Source of the DNA: Auanema rhodensis | Lineage: Eukaryota > Animalia > Nematoda | NCBI GenBank assembly: GCA_964057225.1 | Contig: OZ059898.1 | Span: forward strand, 9,486,001 to 9,550,000 | Length of the DNA: 64,000 nucleotides | Reading direction: 5' to 3' | In this document: piece by piece, positions 32,578 to 44,516 of the stretch | How the letters are laid out: the number at the start of each line of letters is the position of its first letter | How positions within the stretch are numbered: the stretch's first letter is position 1 | Made by a program: the position numbers and the translations under genes | The notes under the pieces: model-generated | Database searches by the model: none | What the model saw: the letters and a program-made list of their open reading frames with translations, nothing else | What the model was told of the DNA's origin: nothing

Positions 32578-34200
32578 TTCCGCTGAAGATCCAACTTTCT
32601 AAAAATTAAGAAAAACTTGCAGAGAGGAGCAGTCTATGGCGATTGGCAAAGAGTGGCAGGAGATGGTGAAACGTCGGATCCTCGGATAGTTGGCAGAGCT
32701 GAAATGTAAATGTAGCAAAATTGCCAGCCTTTTATACAAAGATTTTTGTAAACTACAACCCATTGTGTTACAATCAAGTTTGCTGATGAAATTCTTTTAT
32801 TAATTAGATTTTACAGCATATTTATGCAGATATACTCATCTCGTCGACAGTTGCCAGCAGTTGGCGCACTCTGAACCTGTAAACAATCTGCATATTAATT
32901 AGTTTTTACATCTCTTTAAACATTATTGTTCACCGTTTGTGCCATAAACAACAGCCATCTCTGTAAAACATTTAGGCTTTTTAAACTTTGCTTAATAGCT
33001 CATATATTATTCATAGTATACTTTTACACCCATATTGTAGCACAAAACATATGACTACCAACGTTTTATATGTAAAAATATTTCTTTCTTGAATATTTAA
33101 TAATGATTATATCACGAAACTAAAACTTTTGAAATGTTAAAATGTTTATACTATATTTAAACCCCCACAGTGCAGTTATTAGTGTTTATTAACCATCGAT
33201 ATGCGTTTCATTGAGGTCAGCGCAACTGTTTGTTAATCTTATTGTATTTACCTTCAATGTGTGCTCTATAGAGTTATTGTATTGTTATATTAGTAAAATA
33301 AAGTTTAAAACTAGTCTTTTCTTTTAATTTGAAACTTTTACTTGTTAGAATAAATATAATTAATAACAATTTGTAATTTCAAAAATTAATAATTTAATGT
33401 CATTCTTATCGAATTAACCTTCGATATGTGTTCCATTAAATTTTGGTATTTCATATCGTTCTTATCGAATTAACCTTCGATATGTGTTCCATTAAATTTT
33501 GGTATTTCATATCGTTCTTATCGAATTAACCTTCGATATGTGTTCCATTAAATTTTGGTATTTCATATCGTTCTTATCGAATTAACTTTCGACATGTGTT
33601 CCATTGAATTACCCATAACAAGTACGGTGAACAAAATTATCTACATGCAAAAATTTTATTGTTCTTTAAAAATAAAAACAGTAAAAAAACACAATATTAT
33701 AACATAATAAACAAAATAAGTAAACAAACATTATTAATAAATATAATAAATGAACAAAGTAATAAAATTTAAAAACAAATTAATATATTTAAAATTTAAA
33801 TATAATTTATATATATAAAGGTTAAATATAATTTAAATATTTAAAGTTTAAATAAAATTTATATATATATATAAAATTTAAATATAATTTAAATATTTAA
33901 AATTAAGATTTTTATTTTACTTAATATATTTAAAAATAATTAAAAACATATACATACATTTGAAAAAACAAATTTAAAATTTGATTTAAAAAAAAAAAAA
34001 AAATCATGATTTTTAAATTTAAAAAAGGAAAATCCATGAACCATGATCCCAAAATATGATTTTAACAGCTGACGCTCAAAAATATGTTTTTGACAGCTGA
34101 CGCGACCCAAAAGTATGTTTTTAGCAGCTGACGCCCCCAAAAGTATGTTTTTGACAGCTGTTTGGGGGCGTGGTTAGTAAATTTTGCACGGCTCTCTACT

Positions 34201-37200
34201 GATAACGCCTCAAAAGGAAACGACTAAGCTCAGAATAGTCTACGATGCCTCCGGACATTACCAAAACAAGCCAAGCTTGAACGACGTCATTCACCAAGGC
34301 CCATTAATCCTTCCTTCTCTTATAGGGATGATACTACGATTCAGATGCGGACCAATAGCAATGATTGCTGACGTTAAAAACCCCTTTCTTCAAATCCGAC
34401 TACACAAATCCGAAAGAGACGCGACACGATTCTTCTGGTTAAATGACATCAATCAACCAATCACACCAGAAAACATAAGGACACTTCGTTTTTGCCGAGT
34501 TCCGTTTGGCATCAACGCTTCTCCATTCCTACTCAGCGCAACTATACGCTATCATCTGATGCAAAGAAGTTACGAAAACTTTCTTGCCCATCAAATAAAG
34601 GAAAACCTCTACGTCGACAACTTACTCTTAGCATGTGATTCGAGCGAAAAGATATGTCTCTGGTATCAAGACATCAAAAACATATTCGCAGAAATGAATA
34701 TGACACTCCAAGAGTTCATATCTAACGACGCTACCTTCAACAACAACCTCAGTATGGAAAAGAAAAACAGTTCAACAACACCCAAAGTATTGGGACTACC
34801 TTGGGACACCAAGACTGATCAATGGATTATCGAGACGAAGATAACAGAAACAAAACCAACCAAAAGAGGCATAACTCAAGCTATAGCCTCAATCTTCGAT
34901 CCTATGGGAATGATCTGCCCCAGCCTTCATCCACTCCGTCTGTTTTTACAATCACTGTGGACAGAAAATTTTGACTGGGACACAACACTTCCCCATGAGC
35001 TGCAACAAAAATGGAAAGAATTGTCAGACAATTTCCACATGGTAAAAGCGATTCCTCGCTCACTACCATCAGACCCAACAAACTCATATCATCTGGTCAC
35101 CTGCGCAGATTCCAGCGGATCTGCGTTAGGATTTTGCGTCTACATCTTATCAGCATCAACTCGCAAACCCAGACTCATGTTTGCAAAATCAAAGTTGCAC
35201 TCCAAGAATTCATCCATCACGATCCCAAAAGCAGAAATCTCTGCTCTCACAATAGGAGTATCAAACACTCTGAAAATCGCCAAAGAAATCAGAAACAACA
35301 TCAAGATAGAAACTGCTACCTTTCTATCCGACTCTGAGATAGCACTTGCTTGGATCCGACAGAAACCAGACCAGAAAACAACTGGAGTCTTGGTACAAAA
35401 CCACATCAAAGAAATCAACGAATGCGCAGAACAACTGGAAGATATGGAAATAAAGACCTTCTTTGGTTATATCAACACGAAGGATAATCCAGCCGACATC
35501 GCCACAAGAGGTTGTACCACAGCAGAGCTAAGTGACCATTACTGGTGGAATCCACAAGCTCAACTCGAACGAGCAATCAATGGTCCATTATTCACTCTTC
35601 CACAGAATGAAGTGAATGTTCACATGACAACTACGGATGACGACTCAAACGAAGAACCATGGATATCAGACTGTTCCTCATGGACACAGGCACAAGAAAA
35701 ATGGATAGCAACTCATTATCCACTCACTGAAGCTTGTACACCTCAATATTATGAAGAAGCAGAACTAAATCTACTACACCTTCATCAAAGAAATTTGATG
35801 GTTCGTCTGACAGCAGCCCAAAGAAACGATCTCCGTCCACTCCTCAGAGATCACCTCTGGCACAGTAGAGGACGAATGGAAAACGCTGAGCTAGAGCAAT
35901 CAGCTAAGCTTCCTATCATCATCCTTCCCAAAACACCAACCGCACGACTCCTCATAGAGCACTTCCATGAAAAATTTCACAAAAGTACTGCTCATACCAT
36001 GGCGGAGGTACGACAAAAATACTGGATTCCTCAACTACGTTCCCAGACACAAGCAGTCATAAGGAAATGCGCAAACTGTCAAAGGCTTAACAACCGGCCA
36101 TTTACATACCCTCCATCAGGAAACGTACCATCCAGACGACTCCAACGAAGCCAACCCTTCAAACATGTAGGTCTCGACTACTTCGGACCCATCACAGTCA
36201 AAGACGGAAATACGAAAGTCTGGAGCTGCATCTACACCTGCACGGTGACAAGACACATCCATCTTGAGGTGATTCACAACCTCACAGCTACCGCATTTCT
36301 CAACTGTTTACGAAAAATCTGGGCACGACGTGGATGCCCATCGAGAATAACCTGCGACAACGCAAGCACCTTTGAGCTTGGTCAAAAGGTTGCAAACAAA
36401 CTCTTCACTACAACAGACAGCGGAAATCAATACAAAATTCGCTGGCACAACATCACCCCCTATGCCCCATGGCAAGGCGGTTTTTACGAAAGACTTATTA
36501 GGTCCGTGAAGGAAGCTCTCTACAAAACACTCCACAGTACTCCAACTACTGAAGAGCTCACAATAACCCTTGCAGAGTGTGAAGCTACAATAAACACACG
36601 TCCACTCACATACATCGGTACAGATACCAACAAAGATGAGATCATACGACCATGCGATTTCATCTATAAAGACATCGACTTGAACATCTCTGTCGAATCA
36701 GAAGAAGAAATGGATGAGTATTACATTGACAGCGCAGCGCTACAAACTCAAGCTGATACAGAACGAGCCATTCACTTATCAAGGAAACGCACAAACAAGT
36801 TCTGGGAACTCTGGACAGACCTATACCTGAAAGAGATCCGCGCTACGCACCATCACAACATTTCAGTTAAGAAAGCGGGAACAAAGTTAACTCCATTCAT
36901 CGGTCAAATCGTCCTAATCAACGAGCTTCCCATTCCCCGTCACAAATGTAGTACGGGAAAAATAACTCAAGTTCACCCCGACAGATCAGGAAACATCAGA
37001 GAAGCAACGCTGATTTCGGAAACAGGTCGAGAAATAAAAAGACCTGTCAACTTACTGCACTCATTGGAAATCTCAGATAACGAGATCCCAGAAAAACTCA
37101 AAGATAACGCAACACCAAAAGAACCTGTTCATGAAAAAAGAAGAACCAACTTACGCTACTTACCACAAGTATGGTACGGAGATACAACCAATACACTCCT

Positions 37201-39778
37201 CACTTTCTTCACAATACTAGCGATTTTTGGACCAATGGCCTCAGCAAACCCAACAATTTCATGCAACTCCCACGGAGTTCATATCCATGGAATCAGTACG
37301 GCAAACCAACAAGTGTGCATCCAAAACACATGCTTCAACAGTAGTAACAACGGAGACGTCACTCTTCCCACGGCAGAAAAACTGACGGACTATCAAGTCA
37401 GTTGGACATTTTTTCACAACTCCAGACTTCAACACATGTACTTAACATGCCCAGGAGTCCACTTCTGCTCTACAGTTACCTGCACATTTTGTACAGCAAC
37501 CCTGCTCAATCCATCGTGTTGGCCTTGGACTTCAATCTTGCTAGTGACACTCATAGTATACATGATCACAGCCTTATGCTACGGATTACTATACACACCA
37601 TAGGTTATCGGCAAACCAATTCGTCTGTGGTGCTATATAATCTTCTCACTCACACTGACAATTGGACGAAGATTGAAGTAACTCTTCTCAAAAAGAAGGC
37701 AATCTGTCATTCCTCTTCTTGCAATAATACTGTTAGAAATAGGAAACACCTCTGCATGTCAAGAATTGAACATGATTTCAACAAAAGAATCGTCATGCAC
37801 TCAAAACGAATGTCGAATCCGAACATCAGAACGACTTACCATCAGCCCATACAGTCAGGAAGCATGCCTCTCATTTACCAACAACGATGACAAAATCACT
37901 TTCCTACGCATCCAGTGGATCAAAAGCACTTATTCTTGCGAAGTAAATTCATTATACTTCACTAGAGAAAGCATCACCCAAGTCCAAGACAGCAAACGCT
38001 GCCCACTAACTGGATCCTGCCAAGAGACAAAATGCGCCATGATCAGAGAAGACACCAAGATCAATGAACTAACAATGGCCAACCAATACCCAGGACAAAC
38101 ATTCTGCACAGAATCTTGTGGAGGCATTGGCTGCGGATGCTTCTATCCATCATCCGGTTGCCTCTTCTACAGAACGTATATGAAACCCACGGACAAATCC
38201 ATTTACAAAGTCTTCACTTGCACAGAATGGTCACAATCTACTCAGATGCTACTTACCTATCAAAATGGAACGAATATAATTACCAGAAACATCACCTTAC
38301 ACGGCGATTTGATTTCTTTGTCTCCATTCAAGATAACACTTACCAGCATTACTTCACCCGTCATACCAGCAATGCATTACAAATTCATTCGAAATCTGAA
38401 GAAAACAGCAGTCTGGAACCAACCAGCAACTCTATCTTGCTCATCAAGAGAGAAAGCAATAAAAATGGAATGCCAAGCTACTCCACATTGCGATTGTTCA
38501 CCAGCCGAAGATACCGTGAATTGTCGATGCAAAGACTACTCTTTGAATACATCATTTGAAAATGTGAAAAGTGCCTTACCACTCATCACACCTGCCTACT
38601 CCATCGAATCTTCAAATCGCAAAGTTCACATAACTGTCAACCGTAACATTATGGCCGAACTACACATCACAATTGATGGCAAATTCCAAAGCTCATTCAA
38701 TTACAGCTCGGAATTTTGCGACATAACAGACTCCATGTTAACAGGCTGTTACAACTGTCAAAACGGAGCACAGGCTAAAATTATATGTTCCTCATCAACA
38801 AATACTCTCGCGGCAACAACTTGCGAAGGTACAGCATTCATGCTACACTGCAGCCCTGAAGGAACAATGAACACTATTCGACTTCCAATGACAACAGCTT
38901 CACCTCGGACACAGTGTTCATACACTTGCGGAAAACAAACGAAGTCATTTTTGCTCACCGGAATATTATATTACGTGAATAATATGGAAGATCTCAACAA
39001 ACACTGCGTCGATGGAAATCACTCCTCCATTCATGAGTCAGTTATATCTTTCCCATGGCCTGATATCACTCATTTCTACGACATTTACCTTAACTGGTAC
39101 CGAGAACTTCTATTTTGTCTCATACTGATATTATCCGCATTGGCCATTTCGTATTACATCATGACGACATACTCCATCGCCATCGCGAGCAACACACTTT
39201 TCTTCGCCATCAGAATTATTAAAACAACGCTCCACCTACCCATCGTTACGCTTCGTTTCCTCAGGCGCCTCCTCTTCCTCATCACTCAACGGAAGACCCA
39301 CGTCGCTATCATACTCTTATTCCTAATCATGACAACTCACGCCACCACTTTTCGCGAAACTCTTGCTTCCTCAGCCGAGAGAAAACAATCATATTTACGT
39401 CTGTCCTTAGACAAAAGAAATGATTACTACAAGGGCCTATTGCAATCCATGGATCTATCTCTGAAAACTTTATTCCAACTTGAAGCGATTACGAATACTA
39501 CTGCTAGAGACATCCAACTTGCCGCTACTGATATTCTCTGTTATTTCATCAAAATAAAAGACTTTATCAACACAGCCAGGACCTATAATGTATTCGAAAA
39601 GGAGCTTACTGATCTACAACTATTTGGAAACGAGAAACGACTCACCGAATTGGTGGAAAGGATTCATAAGGACCACTTGGACGACGTAAAATTGGACATG
39701 CCCTACGATCCTTTGAGGGCCCATCAAGAAAGAGAAGCTGTGAAACATCGCCTCCACGCAAATCGAACATCATTGTAG
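34201..39778 (+). pseudogene. BEL/Pao pol-env polyprotein (RT, RNase H, integrase, Gn, Gc, C-terminal extension) with two in-frame stops
   Basis: KLRIVYDAS, YVDN, DPMG, DSEIAL, NPADIATRG, GLDYFGP / CDNA / GGFYERL. Cys-rich Gn, and Gc KRCPLTGSC...CTESCGGIGCGCFYPSSGCLF. ORFs 34184 and 37766 share a frame, separated by TAG 37601 and TAA 37679. Confidence 0.92.
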
Positions 39779-40077
39779 TGGAAGCGCAACCAGAACTCAA
39801 GCTTCTGGTAAATGAGATGAAGGATCTCCGCAAGGACATCCAACAACTTACAGCACCATTGAACCTCATCATTGAGGAACTTCGCTGCATCAAAAACCTC
39901 TTCCAGAAGAGGTCTTTACCTGATATCTGCACACAAGGGACTCAAACTCCCTCCAAGCCAAAGCTGAAGGAGACAGAAGCCACACCACCAAACAAGCCCT
40001 CGACGAGCAAGGAATCTCTGCCTTCCTACGTCGACCTTTTCTGAACAATGCTATTATAGCATAATCGGCGGCGGGAG

Positions 40078-40738
40078 TGTGCGAACGCACTCCATCTTTC
40101 CCATACTCTTTTTTGGACAACGATGCACTTTTATTCCCACTATTCTATTCACCTATGACTCATACGTGCCGCACACACACATGCAAGTTTATCCGATTAC
40201 TCACCAGATGTTCCTTCCTTATTGTCTCTTAAACACATCTGTCCATCTTAACCTTTTATGTTTAATCTTGTTCTCTTATTGCCTATAGTCTATTTTAATC
40301 TTATGAATTCGTTTAGCTCAATCAATAATCTTGTAAGTTGCAATCGAGGTCTAAATGGCTCATGACTCATTCGCCCACTCGCGCATCCTGCAAAATCTGG
40401 GAGATGCCGCACAGGATAAGACATGACTCATCTACACTTAGCCTGCCCCCACAACTGACAGCAGAAGGCACATTCAATCTGTGGCAAATGCTGTATTCTC
40501 TGTATATTCTATTCTATTCTAATATTCAGCCCACGTATCTGCTCCATATTTACTTTGTATTCTTGCTTCGTATTGTGTTCATCTATATTCCTATTTTTGT
40601 CAAAGTTGTCTTTACCAGTTCTCTCTTAATAAATCGTTGTCCAAGGAACCTAGCGTTCTCGTTCTCTACACTTCAAATCCACTGAACCACTCATGCCTGT
40701 TTTACGCTCTCCTACTTCAAAGGACTCCAGTCAAAACA
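40078..40738 (+). repeat. BEL 3' LTR (661 bp)
   Basis: Follows purine tract GGCGGCGGGAG; TGT...ACA; AATAAA at ~40628; TSD GCAGT follows. Confidence 0.85.
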
Positions 40739-41180
40739 GCAGTGGTCGACCTCCGACAGTCGATCCTTGTCGTATTGGTAACATAGGATTTTGAGCGTTT
40801 CAGTGCTGGCATTCGCTCTTGTTAGTCCTTGAACTAACTCTTTCAGGATCTTCTCTTTTCTGGGGCGGTTGCCGATGGTATTGGCTCCTAGCTGTTTCAA
40901 TTCTCTTACTAATAATTGAATTGAAAGCCATCTCTTTTTGGCCATCATGTGGGGGATTTCGACGGCTTCAGGAAGTTGGGTGGACATTGTTGTCTTTGGT
41001 ACTGTTTTCTATCCTTTTATTCTTTTAAAACTTAGTCGGTCCTTTCCTTTCTTTTTGTCGCCTCCTTTTTGGCCAGTTAGGTAAAAAGGTGATGAGGATT
41101 TTTAATTAAAAAACTTTGCAGTGATGTTTGAAAGATTCCAAGTATGATGTATAATTTTATTTTGAAATTTTGGTGATTAA

Positions 41181-41684
41181 TGTGTTTCTTAAAATTCGAG
41201 CCTGAGTTATGAGTTTTAATTTCGAATCTGGTTATTGAAAATCAAAAAAAGATTTTTTTCATTTGACCACTACAACAGCACCGAACTTGGATAACAGCGA
41301 TAAGCTGAGTTCAAACTTCGAAGAAATTGAAATCTTCATATCTCCTCTTAATCATATTGTTCCATAATTGTTTCCAATTTTTTTTGAATAAGAGGGAGAA
41401 TGCAATCTAATATGTGACGATTTTTTTTATAGAATATAGTGGTTCCGTGGTGTAATGATTAACATTTAGGACTCCAAGTGCTGCGACCCGAGTTTATATC
41501 AAAACCGAACTTTCAAGATTCGTTTTTTGTTTCGACCGAAATACGTTTCACAGATTTACTACAGTTTTTGTTCAAAACTTATAGTCCTAAAAATACCTCT
41601 ATACCACACTATGAAGCAGCGTAGAACCTATCAGGAGATCCGGCGATATTTCTCCCCAGAGTATTCGTAATACTTTAAATTTTT
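41181..41684 (+). repeat. Second copy of the 10999-11502 segment
   Basis: Direct near-identity. Confidence 0.9.
41441..41512 (+). pseudogene. tRNA-Gln-like relic, second copy
   Basis: Same as 11259-11330 apart from one or two substitutions. Confidence 0.55.
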
Positions 41685-42774
41685 CTTCTTTGGTGGAACA
41701 TTGAAATCCAGCAGCTTTGCGGCCAAGTTCTCGCCATAGATGTTCGATGGGGTTCAAGTCGGGCGACTGGCTTGGCCACTTGAGAACATTCAGGCGTTGT
41801 TCTTCGAAGAAGCTCATTGTTGAACGTGCCGTGTGCTTTGGATCATTATCTTGCTTTAGAATAAACCTTGCATTATCGCAAGATATCCTGGTAATCCGAG
41901 GCACATTCTTCCTTCCACACGAAAAAGTAGTCCTACTTCAGAAGAGCAGAAGCAACCCCAAACCATGATAGTGCCTCCACCATACTTGACTGTGGGTCGT
42001 AGGTATTTGGGGTTGTATCTTGTATTGGGAGGTCTACGAACCATAGCAGGACCATCATTTCCGAATAAGCAAAACTTGCTTTTATCGGTAAAAATAACGG
42101 AGGGCCAGTCTTCAAAGGTCCAATTCAGATGTTTGTGGGCGAATTCCACTCTAGCTAGCCTGTTGTTGACACTGATAAGAGGCTTACGGGCTGAGATCCT
42201 GGCTCCTTGTATTCTAGCTATCAGTCTTCTTCTCACGTTTGACGCGTGTAGCTGTACAGAGCACATTTTCAAAAGGTGTTAACTCAGAGCGGTGGACGTT
42301 AACTCTGGATGTTTAGTAACAAGCTTAACTAACATTTCTTCCTGTCTTTGTGTGGTTTTCCGTGGTCTTCCTCTCATTTCTTCTTGTATAGGATAAGGTC
42401 GAGCATCATCTTTGAACACTTGATGCACAGTACTTTTTGGAATACTGAAGAGCTCGCTGATTTTTCTTATTGTCAGCACTTTTGCTTTCAAGTTACGGAT
42501 TATAACTCTTACTTCCTAACACGTCTTCTTTCCTTTAGCCATCTAAATAATAAAAAATGAATTTTGCATTTTAATTATTCATGCTTCCAAAAATAGAAAA
42601 TTTCAATCGTTAAATTGATTATTTTGTTCCAGTAGATTGATGCCTATTTTCTGAAAAAATGATACTTCATAAGCCTGAAATATTGATTTTTTATTAAATT
42701 GTTTTTGTTGTAGTTTGTAAGGTGTTTCTGGGGCCACTAAGATATTTTTGTCCAAGGTTTTTTGCACATGACTA
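41631..42774 (-). mobile_element. Tc1-like (DD34E) transposon, 3'-truncated, degenerate
   Basis: FTDKSKF, VWGCF, QDNDPKH, SPDLNPIEHLW. ATG at 42542. Terminus TAGTCATGTGC (degenerate CAGT) next to TATA. Confidence 0.88.
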
Positions 42775-42778
42775 TATA

Positions 42779-44179
42779 CAGTCCTGTGCGATGAAGGTTG
42801 CACACCCCGATGTTAGAGGCCCCAGACCTCAAACTACAAAAAAAAATTCGAAAAAATTAATTTGGGTTTCAGGCTTAAGTATCAACATATCGATTAAAAT
42901 TGAAGTTAAAATGATGTAAACTGAATTTTTTAAAAATAATTTAAGTTTAATATTTAAAATATTCATATTTTTGCTTGTTTTGCATAATAAAAAACTAAAA
43001 TTAAACTAAAATAAATTTAAGATGGCTAGAGGCAAGAAAACTTCCCCTGAAGTAATATCCATCATAATCAATATGAAGGAGAAGGGCTTAAGCGTTCGGA
43101 AAATAGGCGAAATGCTGTCGATGCCTCCCAGTACCATTCAAAGAGTATGGAAAGATGTCCAAAAACCATACAAAATGGATATGAGAGGACGAGAAAGAAA
43201 AACTACGAAAAATCAAGACAATCTGTTGGTTAGGCTGGTCCAGAAGCATCCAGACAGCACATCCATGCAGTTGAGCCAACATCTTCAACGTATGTTTAAT
43301 ATTATGCTACATCCCTCCAACGTAAGAAGAAGGCTGTTAGCCAGAAACTTACGGGCCCGTGTTCCTGTGCGAAAGCCGTTGATTTCGGTCAACAACAGGC
43401 TCAAGTGTGTTCAGTTTGCACAAGAGCATCTGAACTGGACCATTGAAAATTGGTCTTCCGTCATTTTCACTGATGAAAGCAAATTTTGCTTATTTGGAAG
43501 TGACGGACCTGGATTCGTCAAAAGGCCACTCAATCAACGGTACAACCCCAAATACATGCGACCTACGGTCAAGCATGGTGGCGGAAACGTCTTGTTTCTG
43601 TTACTCCGAAATTGGGCCTCTATTCCGCGTAGAAAGCAGAATGTGTGCAGAAGACTACCAGCACATTCTTCAAGAAGCCTTCATGCCCTTCGCCATCAAC
43701 AAGTTAGGAACGAGGAATTGATTTATCCTGCAACAAGATAACGATCCCAAGCACACGGCTCGATCGACAACGAAGTTCATGGAAGAGAACCGGCTGAACG
43801 TTCTAAATTGGCCCAGCCAGTCTCCGGATCTCAACCCCATAGAGCATATTTGGAGAGAACTTGGACGAAGATCTTCAAAATACCCATGTTCTAATAAGGA
43901 TGAGAAGTTCAGAGTCCTCCGTACACTCTGGAGGGAGATATCACCGGATCTGCTGAAGAAACTCGTGGAATCGATGCCCAGAAGACTTCAAGCAGTGATT
44001 GATAATTTTGGATATCCAACAAAATATTAATAAACTTGTTTAATTAATTTTTAAAATTTTTTTATTGATTCTGTAGTGGTTTTTAACATCCAAAATATTT
44101 TTTCTCGATTTTTCTGTAGTTTGCTTCAAAAGATACGGGGGGATTCTAGTGGGTGTGCAACCTTCATCGCACAGGACTG
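42779..44179 (+). mobile_element. Full-length Tc1-like transposon (1401 bp), perfect 29-bp TIRs, TA flanks
   Basis: CAGTCCTGTGCGATGAAGGTTGCACACCC at 42779 and its reverse complement at 44151-44179. Confidence 0.95.
43022..44030 (+). pseudogene. Tc1 DD34E transposase, frameshifted
   Basis: HTH region, FTDESKF, QQDNDPKH, SPDLNPIE, SMPRRLQAVI. Frameshifts near 43590 and 43720. Confidence 0.92.
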
Positions 44180-44197
44180 TATATATATATATATATA

Positions 44198-44516
44198 TTT
44201 CTACTTTTTTTGTGTTATAGGGCAAAACCGAATGCTTCCATCGATATTTTAAGACAAACGTAAACAGATAAAAGAATTTATTATCAAATCACAAGAAATT
44301 ACAGTATGTATACATTGACAAAGAATACAAAGAAAAAAATTATAAAATAGAGAATTTATTGAGTTGTGATTCACATAGCGCATAAGCAATCGATCTGGGT
44401 TAGTGCAAAAATAAACCCGTGTTATATGTTTTTTCTCATTTCGTAGGCATTGCTGGTTCAGGCTTTGGTCATTTGAATAGCTTGCACATGTTCACCATAT
44501 GCTTGCAGATTTGACA
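44198..44516 (-). repeat. Diverged Gypsy LTR related to 5025-5407
   Basis: Reverse complement starts TGTCAAATCTGCAAGCATATGGTGAACATGTG and stays colinear (CTAACCCAGAT, TGTCTTAA, TTCGG). Confidence 0.75.

Larger units (their letters stand above)
29039..34200. mobile_element. Outer Polinton remnant, right part (partial ATPase, 102 aa, 238 aa, integrase, accessory region, TIR)
   Basis: Inverted near-copy of 13396-18620. Ends GGCTCTCTACT at 34200 directly against BEL RT sequence. Confidence 0.93.
12105..40738 (+). mobile_element. BEL/Pao LTR retroelement with phlebovirus-like env, internally deleted and interrupted by Polintons
   Basis: TGT...ACA termini. GCAGT at 12100-12104 and 40739-40743 (5-bp TSD). 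12105-12313 matches the start of the 3' LTR at 40078. Confidence 0.85.

Noticed and set aside
34184-34200. Start of the 1139-aa ORF
   Set aside because: These codons lie in the Polinton TIR; the true BEL ORF is 5'-truncated.
13396-34200. A single giant Polinton with 5-kb TIRs
   Set aside because: The flanks differ (GTGGTC versus GATAAC), and a true terminus with matching TSD lies at 29038.
37601-37681. Programmed stop read-through between Gn and Gc
   Set aside because: Two separate stops in a copy already inactivated by insertion and deletion are more simply explained as decay.
40661-40675. BEL LTR end at CTCTACA (40670)
   Set aside because: No TSD match there. The end at 40738 gives GCAGT and restores the flanking ORF.
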